Below the pieces are notes generated by a model, which was not told the DNA's origin, ran no database searches, and worked only from the letters and a program-made list of their open reading frames with translations. A stretch of 61,966 nt of DNA, the filler included, from Sphacelaria rigidula (Eukaryota): the NCBI GenBank assembly GCA_964200075.2. It is 8 parts of 8 records of this genome, joined end to end, with 100 filler letters (N's around TTAATTAATTAA, not from the genome) between each part and the next. Parts side by side here need not be neighbours in the genome. Positions count along the whole stretch, not along the records: positions 54,310 to 61,966 come from CAXNAA020013902.1; 7 more parts are not named here. One strand, written 5' to 3'. The position numbers and the translations under genes are program-made. Of the stretch, positions 60,626-61,966 are shown piece after piece. Positions within the stretch are counted from its first letter, which is position 1, and the number at the start of each line of letters is the position of its first letter.

Positions 60626-60816
60626 CCGATCTCGTTATCATCGTCGCTGAACCCAGCAGCGAGTTTCGCATATGCCTCCTCGGAAGCAGTCATCCTACCC
60701 CCTCCCTCGTCCTCGCTTTCGCCATCGGAGCCCCCCGCCCCTGCCCTCGCTACCACCACGGCTTCATCCACCTCTACCACGGGCGGCAATTTGTCCAGCA
60801 TAGTGCGAAAAATCGC
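60626..60816 (-). CDS. Exon 1 (as seen) of a three-exon gene fragment, unknown function
   Basis: gagtag| acceptor, GG|gtgagc donor, 191 nt phase 0-2; AIFRTMLDKLPPVVEVDEAVVVARAGAGGSDGESEDEGGGRMTASEEAYAKLAAGFSDDDNEI(G); not in the supplied ORF track. Confidence 0.7.
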
Positions 60817-61118
60817 CTACTCGTAGCGGCATGTGGGGAAGGCATATCGAACATTTGTTGTCGGTGTCAAGCATGGCATTTAAGAAAAAAGAAATGGTGG
60901 TACAGTTACGGTCCCACTATGATGCAGGCAATACTACTTGTCACAAGCCCGATCCGCGATACAAATATAAAATAAATTACACTATGTATATGTTTACCGG
61001 TAGTGTGCGGGGTCGCCAGCTCAGAGTGGTCACGCCGGGTTAGTGATCCACCGTGCGATGCTGCTGCGACCCTCACCGAATCGCAGGTCGCGGAGCATGC
61101 CACCCGGGAGTGATGCTA

Positions 61119-61374
61119 CGGTAGGGGTTGCACTTTCTTAGCGAAATTGTTTCTCAGGGGTGCTCGGGGTATTGGACGGGTCATCTTGATAATCGACATC
61201 ATTTTCACTCGAAAAAGGCTGAAAATTATGCCGATTCACGAAAAGACCTCTGCGTGCAAACACCATGTTCCTGGGAGTCCAGTCCCCGGAGATTTGGGTT
61301 GCACAGTAAGCCCCATATATTTGGGCTCCTACAGAAAAAAAAAGACCCAGAAACAAAAAGTGCAACCCCTACCG
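61119..61374. mobile_element. Tc1/mariner-type (Stowaway-like) MITE
   Basis: TIR CGGTAGGGGTTGCACTTT / AAAGTGCAACCCCTACCG flanked by TA on both sides, inside a palindromic ATGC-TA-GCAT site. Confidence 0.82.
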
Positions 61375-61902
61375 TAGCATTGCTCACGGGGTGATGAAGA
61401 AAGCCCAAATTTCGATTATATCCGAAAACTGCGGCGGCAACACGCGGCCGGAAATTGTTCCGGAACTCCCCTCTTCCTGGAAGAAAAAGACGCCTGACTG
61501 ACGTACGTCCAAGTATTGACCTGGGCACTTGGTAGTAGGCTAAAGGGTGTTGTGCATCGAATCAAGATTTTTCGACCCGAAGAGTATTGATTATCTTGCA
61601 CATGGATAGCCTGAAATGAGTTACTTTATTTTTCCGATATCGACACTTACAGAGACAGCCACGGGGTACACATGAGCTATTCACACTCTACAAACACCAC
61701 GTAGTATGACCATCCCCTTTACGCGGAGTTGAGATACTCCACCCCGCAGCACATGATGTAGCTCGACGACCATCATGGTTACCGCAGAAGCAAAAAACGC
61801 GCTCGCAAAAAGCCGAAAGCATAGTTCCCAAGCTTACTAGTGAGAAGAGTACGGCATCATTGCCAAGCGTCGCCAACCTTCAAATGGGGGAAGGAGACGG
61901 GG

Positions 61903-61966
61903 CGGGGGGGGTGTACTCATGATCATGCTTGCCATAGTCATAAGACCATTGACCTCGCATCCCTAC
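61903..61966 (-). mobile_element. LINE 3'-end copy (subfamily B), cut by window end
   Basis: Reverse complement reads GTAGGGATGCGAGGTCAATGGTCTTATGACTATGGCAAGCATGATCATGAGTACA-C-run. Confidence 0.8.

Overview
This is eukaryotic, intron- and repeat-rich DNA. The repeat families, GT-AG exons and TTAGGG-type motifs suggest a brown alga (Ectocarpus-like stramenopile), which is an inference. The window is not one locus. It is eight contigs of 7657-7659 bp, in non-increasing length order, joined by 100-nt N44-TTAATTAATTAA-N44 linkers. Most of the six-frame ORF track is spurious. Supportable host coding sequence is one exon of a GPN-loop GTPase (GPN2-like, 45607-45747), a phase-compatible three-exon gene fragment of unknown function (minus, 57809-60816) and a few isolated candidate exons. 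The rest is transposable elements: Ty1/copia pol plus LTR, Ty3/gypsy gag, a LINE, tRNA-derived SINEs with (CA)n tails, many MITE/foldback elements and satellites. The most unusual signal is the LINE family. Its copies end in ...ATGAGTAC(R)-C-run instead of poly(A), sit in C-runs with target-site duplications, and include several ~65-75-nt mini-copies with almost the same 5' boundary. The second notable signal is a set of nested TGT...ACA MITEs carrying internal telomere-like repeats.
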